Origin: a virus
Reading direction: 5' to 3' (one strand)
Virus genome (UHGV): UHGV-1366603
Length of the DNA stretch: 64,000 nt
Every line of letters starts with the position of its first letter. Position 1 is the first letter of the stretch. Positions 40,120-50,647 of this stretch are shown one piece after another. Made by a program: the position numbers and the translations under genes. A model generated the notes under the pieces. The model worked only from the letters and a program-made list of their open reading frames with translations, was not told the DNA's origin and did no database searches.

Positions 40120-40995
40120 TTAACGAAGCTGTTTGGCCATCTGCTCGTCGGACACAGAACGATAACCGCCAGCCGTAGCATCGACGTCTGGGTTGATACC
40201 GTCGGTCTGTTGAGACGGAGTGAGCCACAGTTTGCGCTCGTAAGGACGCAGACCGTACAGTTTCATACGTTCCAGTTCCTTCTGCGCTGCCTGCATCGGA
40301 CCCCAACCTGTCCATTGCTGGGAGGTAAAGGTGATGGACAGTTCGTTAGTTTGCGGACCGGTGTTCGGGTCACGTTCACCGATATCCTGACCGTTAGACT
40401 CAGGAGCCATGTTGGTCAGCCACCATGCGTTCTGCGGTTTACGCTGATACGCATCCGGTTCGAAGTACAGCACAGTCATGCTATACATATCCGGCAGGTG
40501 GTCAGGAACGTTCGGGTTGATTGCCGCCAGACCAGGGTGGCCTGTGTGCGGGTCACAAACACCGTATACCAGCCACGCCCAGAGCATGTTCTGATACACT
40601 TTACCCAGTTTATCCGGGGTAGTGTGCGTAACGGAAGACAACGCTTCCGTTACCAGACCAGCTTCATACTGGACGCGGTTGTTACGACCCTGTTGGGTCT
40701 GCACATACTCAGCACTCAGGGATTTATCCAAACCGGTAATCGTGGTGTGAACCTCGATAAACGATTTGATTGCCTGACGCCACAATTGTGGGTTCGGCAT
40801 GTAATCAACCCAGCGAGGGAATTCCATCACACGGGCGATTACGTTACGACGCAGACGGTGGGCGTTGGTAACAAACTTACCAACCTGCCCGACCGGACCG
40901 TTTTGACCCGAGCTGAACGGGTTGACCATGTCGTACTGACCACCGTCAACATGCAAGCCCTGGTCAGGTAAAATCATGCGTTCTTTGATGGACAT
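40120..40995 (-). CDS. hypothetical protein; candidate tail tube (291 aa)
   Basis: GGAGAG RBS; co-transcribed 4 nt downstream of the 685-aa gene; product assignment rests on size and gene order only. Confidence 0.3.
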   Translation of the reverse strand: MSIKERMILPDQGLHVDGGQYDMVNPFSSGQNGPVGQVGKFVTNAHRLRRNVIARVMEFPRWVDYMPNPQLWRQAIKSFIEVHTTITGLDKSLSAEYVQTQQGRNNRVQYEAGLVTEALSSVTHTTPDKLGKVYQNMLWAWLVYGVCDPHTGHPGLAAINPNVPDHLPDMYSMTVLYFEPDAYQRKPQNAWWLTNMAPESNGQDIGERDPNTGPQTNELSITFTSQQWTGWGPMQAAQKELERMKLYGLRPYERKLWLTPSQQTDGINPDVDATAGGYRSVSDEQMAKQLR

Positions 40996-40998
40996 CTA

Positions 40999-43056
40999 TT
41001 AGCTCTCCGTACTGTCGCGACGATAAACTTTGATCGTCGTGTTGAACTGCGTCAACAGTACACCGCCTTCAGCTTTAATGTCCAGCGTGATGGAATAGCC
41101 GTTAGCTTTGTCATCCGCTGTCATGTACGCACTCGGAGTAATGTTGGCAATACTATCCAGGCGACCTTCCAAACGCTCGGTGATTTTGTTCTCAATCATT
41201 TTCGCGCGTTCGTCGTCCGTCATACGGCTCTCACCGGACATATCTGCCCAAACTTGATCACTGACACGATAAACGTAAGTCATGATGAAGTTAAACAGTG
41301 CGTTATTCAGCACTGAACGTTCTTCGCTATAGATGGACTGAAGTGCTGGGATGAACAAACGATAGTAGTCGCGGGAACGAGCAGTAACCAGAGACACATC
41401 CCAGTCGGATGCGTAAATCTCGTTACCTTTCCACGGCATACTCAGATCGTACAGATCTTCGATGATCGTCTCTTCACCACGGCTGAAGCGATAAGCAGGT
41501 TTAGCGCGACCTTCACCGGAACCCAGATACTTCGAGAAGAAGTTCGCGATGCTGTAACACATCGGAACCGGTTTCTTGTAAGAGGAATTACGGATGTAGG
41601 CATCCTGACCGCAAATCATCCCACGGCACGCTGGGGTACCGTAATAGGACGATTCAGGTACAGACGTGATCATTTCGATCAGCGCTGTCTTCACGTTCTC
41701 TTCCGTTTGCAGATCGTTACGACCTTGGTTGTAAACGTGGGTGCAAAGAGTCAGGAACGTGTTACGAGAACGACCGATAAAGTTCGTCAGGGCTTTCTTG
41801 GTATCCATGCTGAAGCCGGAATCCCAGAAGCAACCCAGAGAGTATTTCAGTTCGTTATCGTAGCGGACTTTACCGCCATCCGGGAACAGAGACATTTCAC
41901 GGCGAACCAGTTCGTCGTAAACATCGTTGTTCATGGTCCCGTTACTACCGCCTTGCAGGTAGTGGATATTCGAAGCAGAGAAAACAATTTTACCTACTTC
42001 TTCAGACGGGTTAACTTGTAAACCGTCGTAGAGCTGACCGGTTAAGTCAACGCCACCGAAAATATCGACCATATACGGATCGGTAATTGCCGGTTTTGCG
42101 TTTTGAATCTTAGATTGGGCCAGTTTCAGCACCGTTTCCAGGTTTTCACGGTAGATGTAAAACTCTTCGAACGGGCCGTAATCCGGCAGACCACCGATAT
42201 CCGGCATCGTCTGACGATACGCATCTGGAACGACGACTTCGAAGTCCAGCTGGGTGCTCATCGGCTGATAGTATGCATCGGGCTTGAAGCTAACATTGAT
42301 GCTGCTAAGACCTTTGAGGGTCTTCCAAATCACCGGTGATGTTACCCCTGCTAAGGTCTCGAACCATTGCAGTGCGTACATACGTCCGCCTACATTCGTC
42401 TGATAAGCAGACGCAATAGACGGGCTGGATTTTTCGTTCAGCGGAACCAGTTTGAAACCAAATCCGTTGACATCAGAACCCGCGTACGGACCTTTGATAT
42501 CAAAAATCGGATAGAGTTTTGATTTCGCCTGAGTCTCGGTATCAGTCATCGTACCTTCGGTGACGGTGCCCGCTTTTACGGTGCTGACGTCTTCGATGAC
42601 GGACAGACGGAAGACGATTTTCAGACCGTCTACCTGTTCTCTGACTTTCGGCTTACCGCTTACGTCGTACTGAATCACGCCGTTCACACGCTCATAAGCG
42701 GGAACTTTCGTTTCCAGTACGTCAGCAACCAGACGGATAGCTGCGGTTTTCGCATCATCCGGTACCAGGCGCTGATACATGCAATCGTTACCGTTAGCGT
42801 TGAACATCGCCTGGAAAGGTGTGTTAAACGTCGCGTAATCGCCACGCAGGTCGAACAGATCGCGACCAAGCAGAGACAATGCATTATCCCCGGATAACGG
42901 GAACGCCTCGTCGTCTACCCCGCGTGAAGCAAAGGTGAAGATCAGCGGCTTATGAATCGGATCACCCGTGGGGGTCCGAACAAGCTCAGGGACAGAATTG
43001 TCCTGCCACCCCTGCTTGTTATTCAACGGCGCGCCGTTTCGTGGAATAAAACTCAT
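40999..43056 (-). CDS. hypothetical structural protein; candidate tail sheath (685 aa)
   Basis: ATGGAG RBS; size and sheath-then-tube arrangement resemble phiKZ-like myoviruses; no motif-level support. Confidence 0.3.
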   Translation of the reverse strand: MSFIPRNGAPLNNKQGWQDNSVPELVRTPTGDPIHKPLIFTFASRGVDDEAFPLSGDNALSLLGRDLFDLRGDYATFNTPFQAMFNANGNDCMYQRLVPDDAKTAAIRLVADVLETKVPAYERVNGVIQYDVSGKPKVREQVDGLKIVFRLSVIEDVSTVKAGTVTEGTMTDTETQAKSKLYPIFDIKGPYAGSDVNGFGFKLVPLNEKSSPSIASAYQTNVGGRMYALQWFETLAGVTSPVIWKTLKGLSSINVSFKPDAYYQPMSTQLDFEVVVPDAYRQTMPDIGGLPDYGPFEEFYIYRENLETVLKLAQSKIQNAKPAITDPYMVDIFGGVDLTGQLYDGLQVNPSEEVGKIVFSASNIHYLQGGSNGTMNNDVYDELVRREMSLFPDGGKVRYDNELKYSLGCFWDSGFSMDTKKALTNFIGRSRNTFLTLCTHVYNQGRNDLQTEENVKTALIEMITSVPESSYYGTPACRGMICGQDAYIRNSSYKKPVPMCYSIANFFSKYLGSGEGRAKPAYRFSRGEETIIEDLYDLSMPWKGNEIYASDWDVSLVTARSRDYYRLFIPALQSIYSEERSVLNNALFNFIMTYVYRVSDQVWADMSGESRMTDDERAKMIENKITERLEGRLDSIANITPSAYMTADDKANGYSITLDIKAEGGVLLTQFNTTIKVYRRDSTES

Positions 43057-43118
43057 GGAACGTCTCCATATTCAGTCTTTAAGACCTTGAAAAAGGGTCA
43101 TACTAAGGTATCATACTC

Positions 43119-44024
43119 ATGGCACTCAAAAACGCTTACAACGGCACTCCCTTTAATACCATAGACCTTACCCGCTTACACGCGGACTTGGAATTGGCTC
43201 GTAAGGTTAATCAAACTGTTGCTCAGTCTGAAGAAGTCCATTACGTTATCGAAACAGCCGATGTAAAACCGTTCCCGTTACCTATCGTCATTGGTGATGA
43301 CGTGTACGTTGACGCACGAACTTTTACAACGCTCGATAAAAACGGCGAGTTAAAAATTCGTAACCCCATTGAGCACCAATTACGTCTGGACGAAGCACGT
43401 TGGGAATTAGTGTGGAAACGGAACAATGATAAGCTCGGTGCGTTAATGGCCCGAATGTCTTATCACCATGAGATCTTCAGCAGGTGGATTAGCGATGCGA
43501 TTGAACACACCTATGCACTTGCTCCATATCAAAGCGGTCAAGTCAAGGCACTCGCAGCGCTGTTTTCCGTAGGGCAGTTCTATAACAACTTCGAAGATGA
43601 AGTAAAAATGCTGCGTATGCAGCAGCAGTTGGAACGTGAACTGCGACTCTCGCCACAGTTTTTTGAAACCGTCACCGGTAATACCGAGTTTCTGTTCCCG
43701 CGTAATATCGGTGAATTCGTTGAGATGGTTAAAGCAGCGGGTATTCCACGTCTTAATGAACTGAGCGTAGTTAGCTTGCAGTCAATGCTGGCGACCAGCT
43801 TAGGCAGCTACATCAGCTACGACCGTCAGTTGGTAACCAGTGCCATTGAATATCCGCCGTCACTGTTTGTGATTGTCCGCACCTGTTTAGAAAACTCGGT
43901 GTTCAACCGTTCACGTTTGGGTGGGCTGATTAAGAAATGTGACGTAGCAAAACGTAAAGATGCGTTTACTATCGCTTACGATACATTACTGAACCAGAAT
44001 ACCAAACCCTTAAATATCCAGTAA
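43119..44024 (+). CDS. hypothetical protein (301 aa)
   Basis: ORF divergent from the sheath candidate. Confidence 0.5.
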   Translation: MALKNAYNGTPFNTIDLTRLHADLELARKVNQTVAQSEEVHYVIETADVKPFPLPIVIGDDVYVDARTFTTLDKNGELKIRNPIEHQLRLDEARWELVWKRNNDKLGALMARMSYHHEIFSRWISDAIEHTYALAPYQSGQVKALAALFSVGQFYNNFEDEVKMLRMQQQLERELRLSPQFFETVTGNTEFLFPRNIGEFVEMVKAAGIPRLNELSVVSLQSMLATSLGSYISYDRQLVTSAIEYPPSLFVIVRTCLENSVFNRSRLGGLIKKCDVAKRKDAFTIAYDTLLNQNTKPLNIQ

Positions 44025-44034
44025 GAGGTCCACT

Positions 44035-46551
44035 ATGGAGAACTGGCTGGTCGCCCACGCCATCCAAAAAGCGTGGCAGCGTCCATATCTCGACGGGGTG
44101 TTGAACATTGCACCCTTCCGTCTTTCACCCAAGACCGGGGCGATCGGCTTTTTCAAACACGGTCGGACACCGGTAGCGCTACCGAAAGAAAATACCTGGT
44201 GGCACGCATTCGTTATTGATAAACTTCACGTAAACTGGGGGAACTTAGCCATTCCCCTAAACCGTTGGAAGAAACTTTCAACGTGTGTGAACGGCTTCAG
44301 TACCTGGATGCTGGTCTACAACGAAAACGGGGTTTCGATCCCCTCTGAATATGTCTACTTTTACCGCACCAGCTCTGGGATGGTTTACATGGCTATCCCA
44401 CAATCCGATCGCTATAGCTGGTTAGAAGAAGACACCTGCTACCTGCGAATTTATCCAGGTTACAGTGGGGGTGAAAACGCACCGTACATTAACCCAACCA
44501 CCGTTGAGTATTACTCACCGCCTAACCGCGAACAGGTTCAGAGAGTCGTCGATCGGTATAACCTACTTAAGCAACAGAATAAAGGTTACGTTGAGTTCTG
44601 GTTAAACGGCGAATTAATTGACTCACCGAAAACACAAGACATTAAAGCCTGGGACGACATCGACATTCGTGTTGATGGTCGTGTTCGCCGTATTGTTGAA
44701 TTCCGTTGCGGTGACTTACCGACGTTTATGTCTACGCTCGACAGCAAACGTAAGTATTTGCTCCACATTCCGAAAAAAGACGGGATTTGGATTTTCAACA
44801 ACGACGCTGAAATTCAGCTGTTCTGGAAAGGTCGCGGTCGTTATTACCATCGTCATCGCCACCAAGCGATGCGTCAGTTAACGTGGAACGACTTAGCTAT
44901 TCCGACTGAACGCATTGCGAAATACCGTAACGTCTTTAACGAGTCCATCACCGATCTAGATGAACTGGTCATTCGTCTTATCATCCGTGACGACTATCTG
45001 GATATTACACCGCTGTATAACTCGTCCCACGTCCACGATTTGTATCGTCTCACCGACGAACTGATTATCGACGCGATGATTGGCGCTAACGCCAACGTAA
45101 CAGAGTGGCAAGCCGCTAACTTAGAGCAGGCTGCGTTTAACCGTTTGGCTGCGGCTAAGCTGGAAAACATTAATCGTGACTTGTGTACTGACGCTTACGG
45201 TTACAATGCCGTTACGCGCTACGCGGCCGATACGCCACAACGCTTGACTCTAACCGAAGGCGGTTATCGTGCAACGCTCCCTGCGTTACTGGCGGTTAAC
45301 TCCACCGTATACGAATACGACGGTGACGGTTTACTGTTAGAGGCGCATCAAAACACGGGTTATGACGTTTACCAGGCACGTAACGCTAACGCACGCATTA
45401 TCGAAGCAATTGCGGGGGCAAAAGACGACGCGGTGACAATCGTCGATAACGCCGACGACTTCGTGATTAACGAAGGGGAAAACGTTAACCTCTGGCTACG
45501 TAAAGTCATTGACGATATTCCTCGTGACGAATACATCGAAGCAGTGGAAGGGACGGACTACGATCGGGACGGGAACAAGATTACCTGGACGGTAGACAGA
45601 ACGCGACGTCACCCAACGGTGATTTACGACGACCGTCATCTGTTCTTCGAGACCACCTTCGCAGTACGGGAAGGGGAAATTCGCATCCCGATTATGGCGC
45701 GTAACCAGGAAGGGAACCAGCGTACGCTGTGGATTCCGATGGAAACCGTTGAAGTGTGGTTAAATGGCCACCCGCTGGTACACGGCATTGACTACCACGT
45801 TATTTGGCCTGAAATCGTGGTGGTGTGTAAGTCCTGGGTAAGTGACGACGAAGACAACCATATCTCTGTACGTTGCCGTGGGGTAACGGGTACGTTACGT
45901 ATACCGAAACACGGGTTTGTCTCCAGTGGCTTACTGTCTAACAACAGCCAATTCGATTGTCGTGATGACAAAGTCATTCGTGTTGTGGCTGGCGGTTCTT
46001 TACTGCTGCGTGATGAAGTGGTGTTCCGTGAAGACAACACCGTTGGGGTCAATATCGTTGACGACGGTTATCCGTACTCGGTTGACGACCCGACCATTCC
46101 GTTACGGACGATGGTCACCGGTGACACTTACGAACTGCGTGACGTTGCCCGAGACCTGGACACGCGTGTTGAAAATTACATGACACACTGGTTCCCAACA
46201 CCGCCGCCTGAAAACCCGGTACCGCTACCGCACTTATACCACCTGTATTCGCCGACGCTGAACAAAATTCTGTGGGATTACCTGAACGGTATTTTAATCC
46301 TGCGTGAAGACGATCCTGACTACCGTATCTCAACAACTCAGTTGGATGAGATCATGGAACGTTATAAAGATCTGCTTCCATTCGACCCGGCGTATATCGG
46401 CTACGATAAAGCGTTCGTCAAACTCCACCCACACGTCAAATACGAGACGGTGGAAATCAACGAACTCGGTTTTGCGTTCTTAGACCGCGTAAACGAACGG
46501 TACCTGAACGGTGAAGTTCAGCTGAACCAGTATCTGAAAATCAAGGGTTAA
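44035..46551 (+). CDS. hypothetical large protein, possibly structural (838 aa)
   Basis: AAGAGG RBS; sits in a block upstream of the terminase. Confidence 0.5.
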   Translation: MENWLVAHAIQKAWQRPYLDGVLNIAPFRLSPKTGAIGFFKHGRTPVALPKENTWWHAFVIDKLHVNWGNLAIPLNRWKKLSTCVNGFSTWMLVYNENGVSIPSEYVYFYRTSSGMVYMAIPQSDRYSWLEEDTCYLRIYPGYSGGENAPYINPTTVEYYSPPNREQVQRVVDRYNLLKQQNKGYVEFWLNGELIDSPKTQDIKAWDDIDIRVDGRVRRIVEFRCGDLPTFMSTLDSKRKYLLHIPKKDGIWIFNNDAEIQLFWKGRGRYYHRHRHQAMRQLTWNDLAIPTERIAKYRNVFNESITDLDELVIRLIIRDDYLDITPLYNSSHVHDLYRLTDELIIDAMIGANANVTEWQAANLEQAAFNRLAAAKLENINRDLCTDAYGYNAVTRYAADTPQRLTLTEGGYRATLPALLAVNSTVYEYDGDGLLLEAHQNTGYDVYQARNANARIIEAIAGAKDDAVTIVDNADDFVINEGENVNLWLRKVIDDIPRDEYIEAVEGTDYDRDGNKITWTVDRTRRHPTVIYDDRHLFFETTFAVREGEIRIPIMARNQEGNQRTLWIPMETVEVWLNGHPLVHGIDYHVIWPEIVVVCKSWVSDDEDNHISVRCRGVTGTLRIPKHGFVSSGLLSNNSQFDCRDDKVIRVVAGGSLLLRDEVVFREDNTVGVNIVDDGYPYSVDDPTIPLRTMVTGDTYELRDVARDLDTRVENYMTHWFPTPPPENPVPLPHLYHLYSPTLNKILWDYLNGILILREDDPDYRISTTQLDEIMERYKDLLPFDPAYIGYDKAFVKLHPHVKYETVEINELGFAFLDRVNERYLNGEVQLNQYLKIKG

Positions 46552-46553
46552 TC

Positions 46554-48194
46554 ATGGCCTTAACAACTGACATTATCAACAAGGATCGCGGTTTCCGTGT
46601 ATGGCGTCCTGAGGAGCTTTACGCGGCGGAACGACCTACCGGTTACGTACCGAACCCGAAAGATCTGATCGTTAACGATATCACCTCTGGTTTTGATATC
46701 GTCGTAAGCGTTAACTACGCGAAACCCTCGTGGGAAACCGAACCGTGGGGTGGGGTAGGTGTTGCCAACCAGGACGGTCGTCTAAACGGTCACTACCCGT
46801 TACGAAGTGACAAATACCGTGTTTACGTGGACAGTTCAAAACTGCCTGCAACAATGGTCTTGGATAACGCGTTGACGTTTGAAGGACCTGACGTGGACGG
46901 TGTACGTGTCTTCCGTGGTAGCACCGTCGATGACCACGCAGAAATCCTGTCAGGGTATTACAAAGACGGTAAACTCAAATACTCGTACCTGCCCGTACAG
47001 ACCATCTCGGTAGAAGGTGCTGAACGTGTTGTTAAACAAACGCTACCTGGTGCGTGCTTAGCCGACGTCGAAAACGGTGAAGCGTGTATGTTTGCCGTGT
47101 ACTCGGACGTGGGTAACGTGGTACAAATCGGTCATGCCCACATCATCAAAACCAACCTGGTGATGGCACAGGAAACACCGGTTCGTACGGTATTGGGTAT
47201 TAGACTGGTTTCTCCGTTCTTGGTCGACAACGATGGTACGACACTGACGCTGCCTATCAACATGCCTATCGACTCTATTCCGTTGTGGTGTGATGTGATT
47301 TACAGTGACGGTACCAAACGTTTACCGATAGACCAGGCGCGCGTGAAATTCAACGGCTTACGTAACGCCGGTTCTCACGATACCTTCTACATCGCGTCTA
47401 ACGCCGGTAACAGTCTCCCTTGCGTACTGAGTTACAAGCTCTCGAAAGGGGAAACTTACGGTGGTACGGACATCGTCGGTGACACCATCGTGAAGAACTA
47501 CACCGCTGTCACCGAACAGGTTGATGGGGCTTACTCCATGAAACTGTTTGTGGTACCGAGATGGTTGGATGCTACTCGTGGTTATCGTCTGGACTTCCTG
47601 CTGTATAACCTGACGCGTGGTAAAGTTTACGATGCAACAGCACACGTCAACTACACAACGGGCACCACGTTTGACCCGCTACTGATGGGTGTGAAACAGC
47701 GTCTAAACGTCCAGGTTGACATCAGCAAGGTAGACAGCAAGTTCCGTGCGTTTATCCAGTCGCAGTCCTTTGCGATTACACTGGTAAACCCTGGTAACGA
47801 ACTGAACACCAACTTCATTCTGGAGTATCTGCCTGACGGTGAGAAATACGGTGAAAACGTATGGGCGGAGTTCAAATACTCCAACGTTAACTACTCGGAA
47901 ATCGACGTCAGTAACAAAGTCAGCTCGAAAGCAGAGTGGCTTAAACTGCTGTACGAACCGATTTATCCGTTGTACGATCGCCGTAACGAATCGGAACCGC
48001 CTGAACCTACCCATTTCGAAATTCACGTTGGGGGTAAAGTTTACACCTATAGCGTGGACGAGTGGTTAGATAAGAAAGTTATCGATTACCGCGTCCCGTT
48101 AGACGCACCGTTGGTGATCCGTTGGATTCGTCGTACTCCAACCGATACGCTTAACCTTGCAGCGTCACCGATGCTTGCGCATCACATCGAATAA
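46554..48194 (+). CDS. hypothetical protein (546 aa)
   Basis: AAGGG RBS; tightly coupled to upstream gene. Confidence 0.5.
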   Translation: MALTTDIINKDRGFRVWRPEELYAAERPTGYVPNPKDLIVNDITSGFDIVVSVNYAKPSWETEPWGGVGVANQDGRLNGHYPLRSDKYRVYVDSSKLPATMVLDNALTFEGPDVDGVRVFRGSTVDDHAEILSGYYKDGKLKYSYLPVQTISVEGAERVVKQTLPGACLADVENGEACMFAVYSDVGNVVQIGHAHIIKTNLVMAQETPVRTVLGIRLVSPFLVDNDGTTLTLPINMPIDSIPLWCDVIYSDGTKRLPIDQARVKFNGLRNAGSHDTFYIASNAGNSLPCVLSYKLSKGETYGGTDIVGDTIVKNYTAVTEQVDGAYSMKLFVVPRWLDATRGYRLDFLLYNLTRGKVYDATAHVNYTTGTTFDPLLMGVKQRLNVQVDISKVDSKFRAFIQSQSFAITLVNPGNELNTNFILEYLPDGEKYGENVWAEFKYSNVNYSEIDVSNKVSSKAEWLKLLYEPIYPLYDRRNESEPPEPTHFEIHVGGKVYTYSVDEWLDKKVIDYRVPLDAPLVIRWIRRTPTDTLNLAASPMLAHHIE

Positions 48195-48203
48195 AAATAA
48201 AAG

Positions 48204-48229
48204 ACCTCCTACCCGCAAGGGTAGGAGGT
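48204..48229. other. stable hairpin immediately upstream of the terminase RBS
   Basis: ACCTCCTACCC-GCAA-GGGTAGGAGGT; A-rich 5' flank, no 3' T-run on plus strand. Confidence 0.4.
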
Positions 48230-48240
48230 TAGGAGTCTGT

Positions 48241-50349
48241 ATGATACTACGTGAATCGGACTGGCGTTATTATCCAGGCGCTATTGTTGACGATAAAACA
48301 ACAAACAAATCCTTTATCAAGTTTGCTAACTTACTGAAAAAACTGGGTGTAAAACACTGGTATATTCACCTGGCGTTGCATAACCCACTGTTGCAGGGCG
48401 TAGACCCGTTCGATGAAAACCTTTCAGAACAGATGAAGGCATACATCGCCATCGAATGTGCTGAAAACCCGTGGTACTGGTTTAGGGAATGTGTCAGGGT
48501 ACCTGCGGACGGTATGAAGTACGGTTCCCCGTTCCGTATCGACCGTGGTAACTTCTCGATGTACTGGATTTTCTTTAACAACATCGACGTTGCTGTAGAA
48601 TTCTTACGTCAGCACGGTAAAACCGTCGGGATGAGTGGTCTACTGTTGTGGTTGATTCGTTTCTTAGAAAACTCCCGAACCATTCTTATCACAAAAGGCC
48701 CGGCACTGCGTGAAGAAACTATCAACAAACTGAAACAACTTCGTAACGGTTTACCGAGTTACCTCTGGCCACACCACCCTGATGACCCAGATAACCGAGA
48801 AACCTTTGCGTGTTTAGCCCAGGGTAACAAACTGATTACCGGTATCGGCCAAAACGACCCAGAGTCCGCTAACGGTATCGGACGTGGACTTACCGCCGGT
48901 CGTCTGTTCTCGGACGAAGGCCCCTTTACCAAAAACGTACACCACATTCTACCGGCAGCACTGGCATCCGGTACAGCGGCACGTCGTATTAACGAAGCGG
49001 AAGGTGTTCCTTACGGTAACGTATTCGCAACAACCCCTGGTGACTTAGCGACGGAAGAAGGCAAGTACATGTACGAGCTGATGACGTCAGGGATTATGTG
49101 GGATGAGCGCTATATCGACATTCCAACCCGTAAACAGCTTATTGACATCATCCGTTCTAACTCCACGGCAGAAGTCCCACGTATCATGTTCTACGTGAAG
49201 TACAACCACCGTCAGCTCGGGACCACCGATGAACAGTTAGCGGCAATGATTGCGAACGCCAAAGGTACCCCTGACCAGATCCGTCGTGACTTCGGTGGCG
49301 AATGGACGACCGGTGGTCTGAACAAGCCGTTCTCAGCGGAAGATGCAGATCGTATGAATGCTTCACGAATGCGTGCAGTGTTCAAAGATATCTCACCACA
49401 AAACTACGTTACCGACTGGTACTACACCGAAGAAGAAATGATGATGAAACTCAAAGATCGTCATGTCATCGGTTTGGATACCTCCGAAGCCGTAGGTCGA
49501 GATGCGATCGCCATGTCCATCGTCAACTCAGTCACGGCCGAGTACGCCGGTAAGCTTACCGTTAATGAATCCAACGTTATTTCGTTCGCGATCCATTTAG
49601 CGGATTTTATGGTGCGATATCCGAACACGGTGCTGATTCTGGAACGACGCTCAACAGGCTCATCCGTTGCAGATGCGGTTATCCTGCAATTGCAATCACG
49701 GGTGCCCGATTTACACCGTCGTTTGTTTGTGCGAATCACCCAGGACTACTCGCGTACGGACGATCTCTACAAAGAGTATCACCGTGGCCCAGTGGGGAGC
49801 GCAGAGAAATTCTGGAATAAATTCCGCAAATACATCGGGTTCTCAACCGACCAGGAGAAACGTCGTAAACTGTACGGTGAGGTATTCACCACCGCGTTGC
49901 GCTTGTCTGCCGATAAACTCCGTTGTGGAGAACTCATCGACCAAATTCTTAACCTCGTGGAGAAAAATGGTCGTATCGACCACAAAGCATCCGGTCACGA
50001 TGACCTTGTGATTTCTTGGTTACTTGCGATGTGGTTATTGCTACTTGGAAATAACTTAGGACATTACGAGATCAACAACAGCCGTTTGATGATGCGTAAT
50101 CGTAACTTGGCTGAAAACCGGGAAGGGGTGGACGAAGAGTTACAGCTCGAAGAGGAAGCGCGACAGCAAAAACTGATGGGGGAAATTGAGCAGTTAGTGA
50201 GAACGACCCACGGGTTACTCGACCCGGTTCAAGCAATGGCCGCTCGTAACCGACTTCAGGCCCTCATCTCTCAACTTAACACTGATACACAAAACGTGGC
50301 GTCAATGGAAAGCTTGAGAGAGCTTCTCCAACGCCAGAGGATGAAGTGA
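48241..50349 (+). CDS. terminase large subunit (TerL), T4 gp17-like
   Basis: ATG 48241 with AGGAG RBS; Walker A LRQHGKT (T4-type RQxGKT); C-terminal nuclease-like acidic segments IGLDTSEAVGRD and DHKASGHDDLV. Confidence 0.65.
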   Translation: MILRESDWRYYPGAIVDDKTTNKSFIKFANLLKKLGVKHWYIHLALHNPLLQGVDPFDENLSEQMKAYIAIECAENPWYWFRECVRVPADGMKYGSPFRIDRGNFSMYWIFFNNIDVAVEFLRQHGKTVGMSGLLLWLIRFLENSRTILITKGPALREETINKLKQLRNGLPSYLWPHHPDDPDNRETFACLAQGNKLITGIGQNDPESANGIGRGLTAGRLFSDEGPFTKNVHHILPAALASGTAARRINEAEGVPYGNVFATTPGDLATEEGKYMYELMTSGIMWDERYIDIPTRKQLIDIIRSNSTAEVPRIMFYVKYNHRQLGTTDEQLAAMIANAKGTPDQIRRDFGGEWTTGGLNKPFSAEDADRMNASRMRAVFKDISPQNYVTDWYYTEEEMMMKLKDRHVIGLDTSEAVGRDAIAMSIVNSVTAEYAGKLTVNESNVISFAIHLADFMVRYPNTVLILERRSTGSSVADAVILQLQSRVPDLHRRLFVRITQDYSRTDDLYKEYHRGPVGSAEKFWNKFRKYIGFSTDQEKRRKLYGEVFTTALRLSADKLRCGELIDQILNLVEKNGRIDHKASGHDDLVISWLLAMWLLLLGNNLGHYEINNSRLMMRNRNLAENREGVDEELQLEEEARQQKLMGEIEQLVRTTHGLLDPVQAMAARNRLQALISQLNTDTQNVASMESLRELLQRQRMK

Positions 50350-50585
50350 TGGCTCCAATTTACTATTTGCTCGTGTTCTTTTCGTGGATCGCGACGTACA
50401 AAATGATTAGACACAGTTACCAATCGATACAACGATATGGTGCATCGCACGGTGTGTGTCATCGTACGACGCGGTATGCGCAGGCGGTAGCAGTATTCGG
50501 ATTAATGGTGGCAGGGACATCAACGACCTACGCTCTAAACTTGGTGTACACTATCCACTTATTAGCGGTATCCGGGGCCCATTGA
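50349..50585 (+). CDS. small hydrophobic protein (78 aa)
   Basis: ATG overlaps TerL stop; two hydrophobic segments. Confidence 0.4.
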   Translation: MAPIYYLLVFFSWIATYKMIRHSYQSIQRYGASHGVCHRTTRYAQAVAVFGLMVAGTSTTYALNLVYTIHLLAVSGAH

Positions 50586-50603
50586 AACCCTTTAAAATAA
50601 ACT

Positions 50604-50647
50604 AGCCTGAGACCCACCGGGGTCTCAGGCTAACTCTTTTTTTATTT
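50604..50647. terminator. bidirectional terminator between convergent genes
   Basis: AGCCTGAGACCC-ACCG-GGGTCTCAGGCT followed by T-run. Confidence 0.65.
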
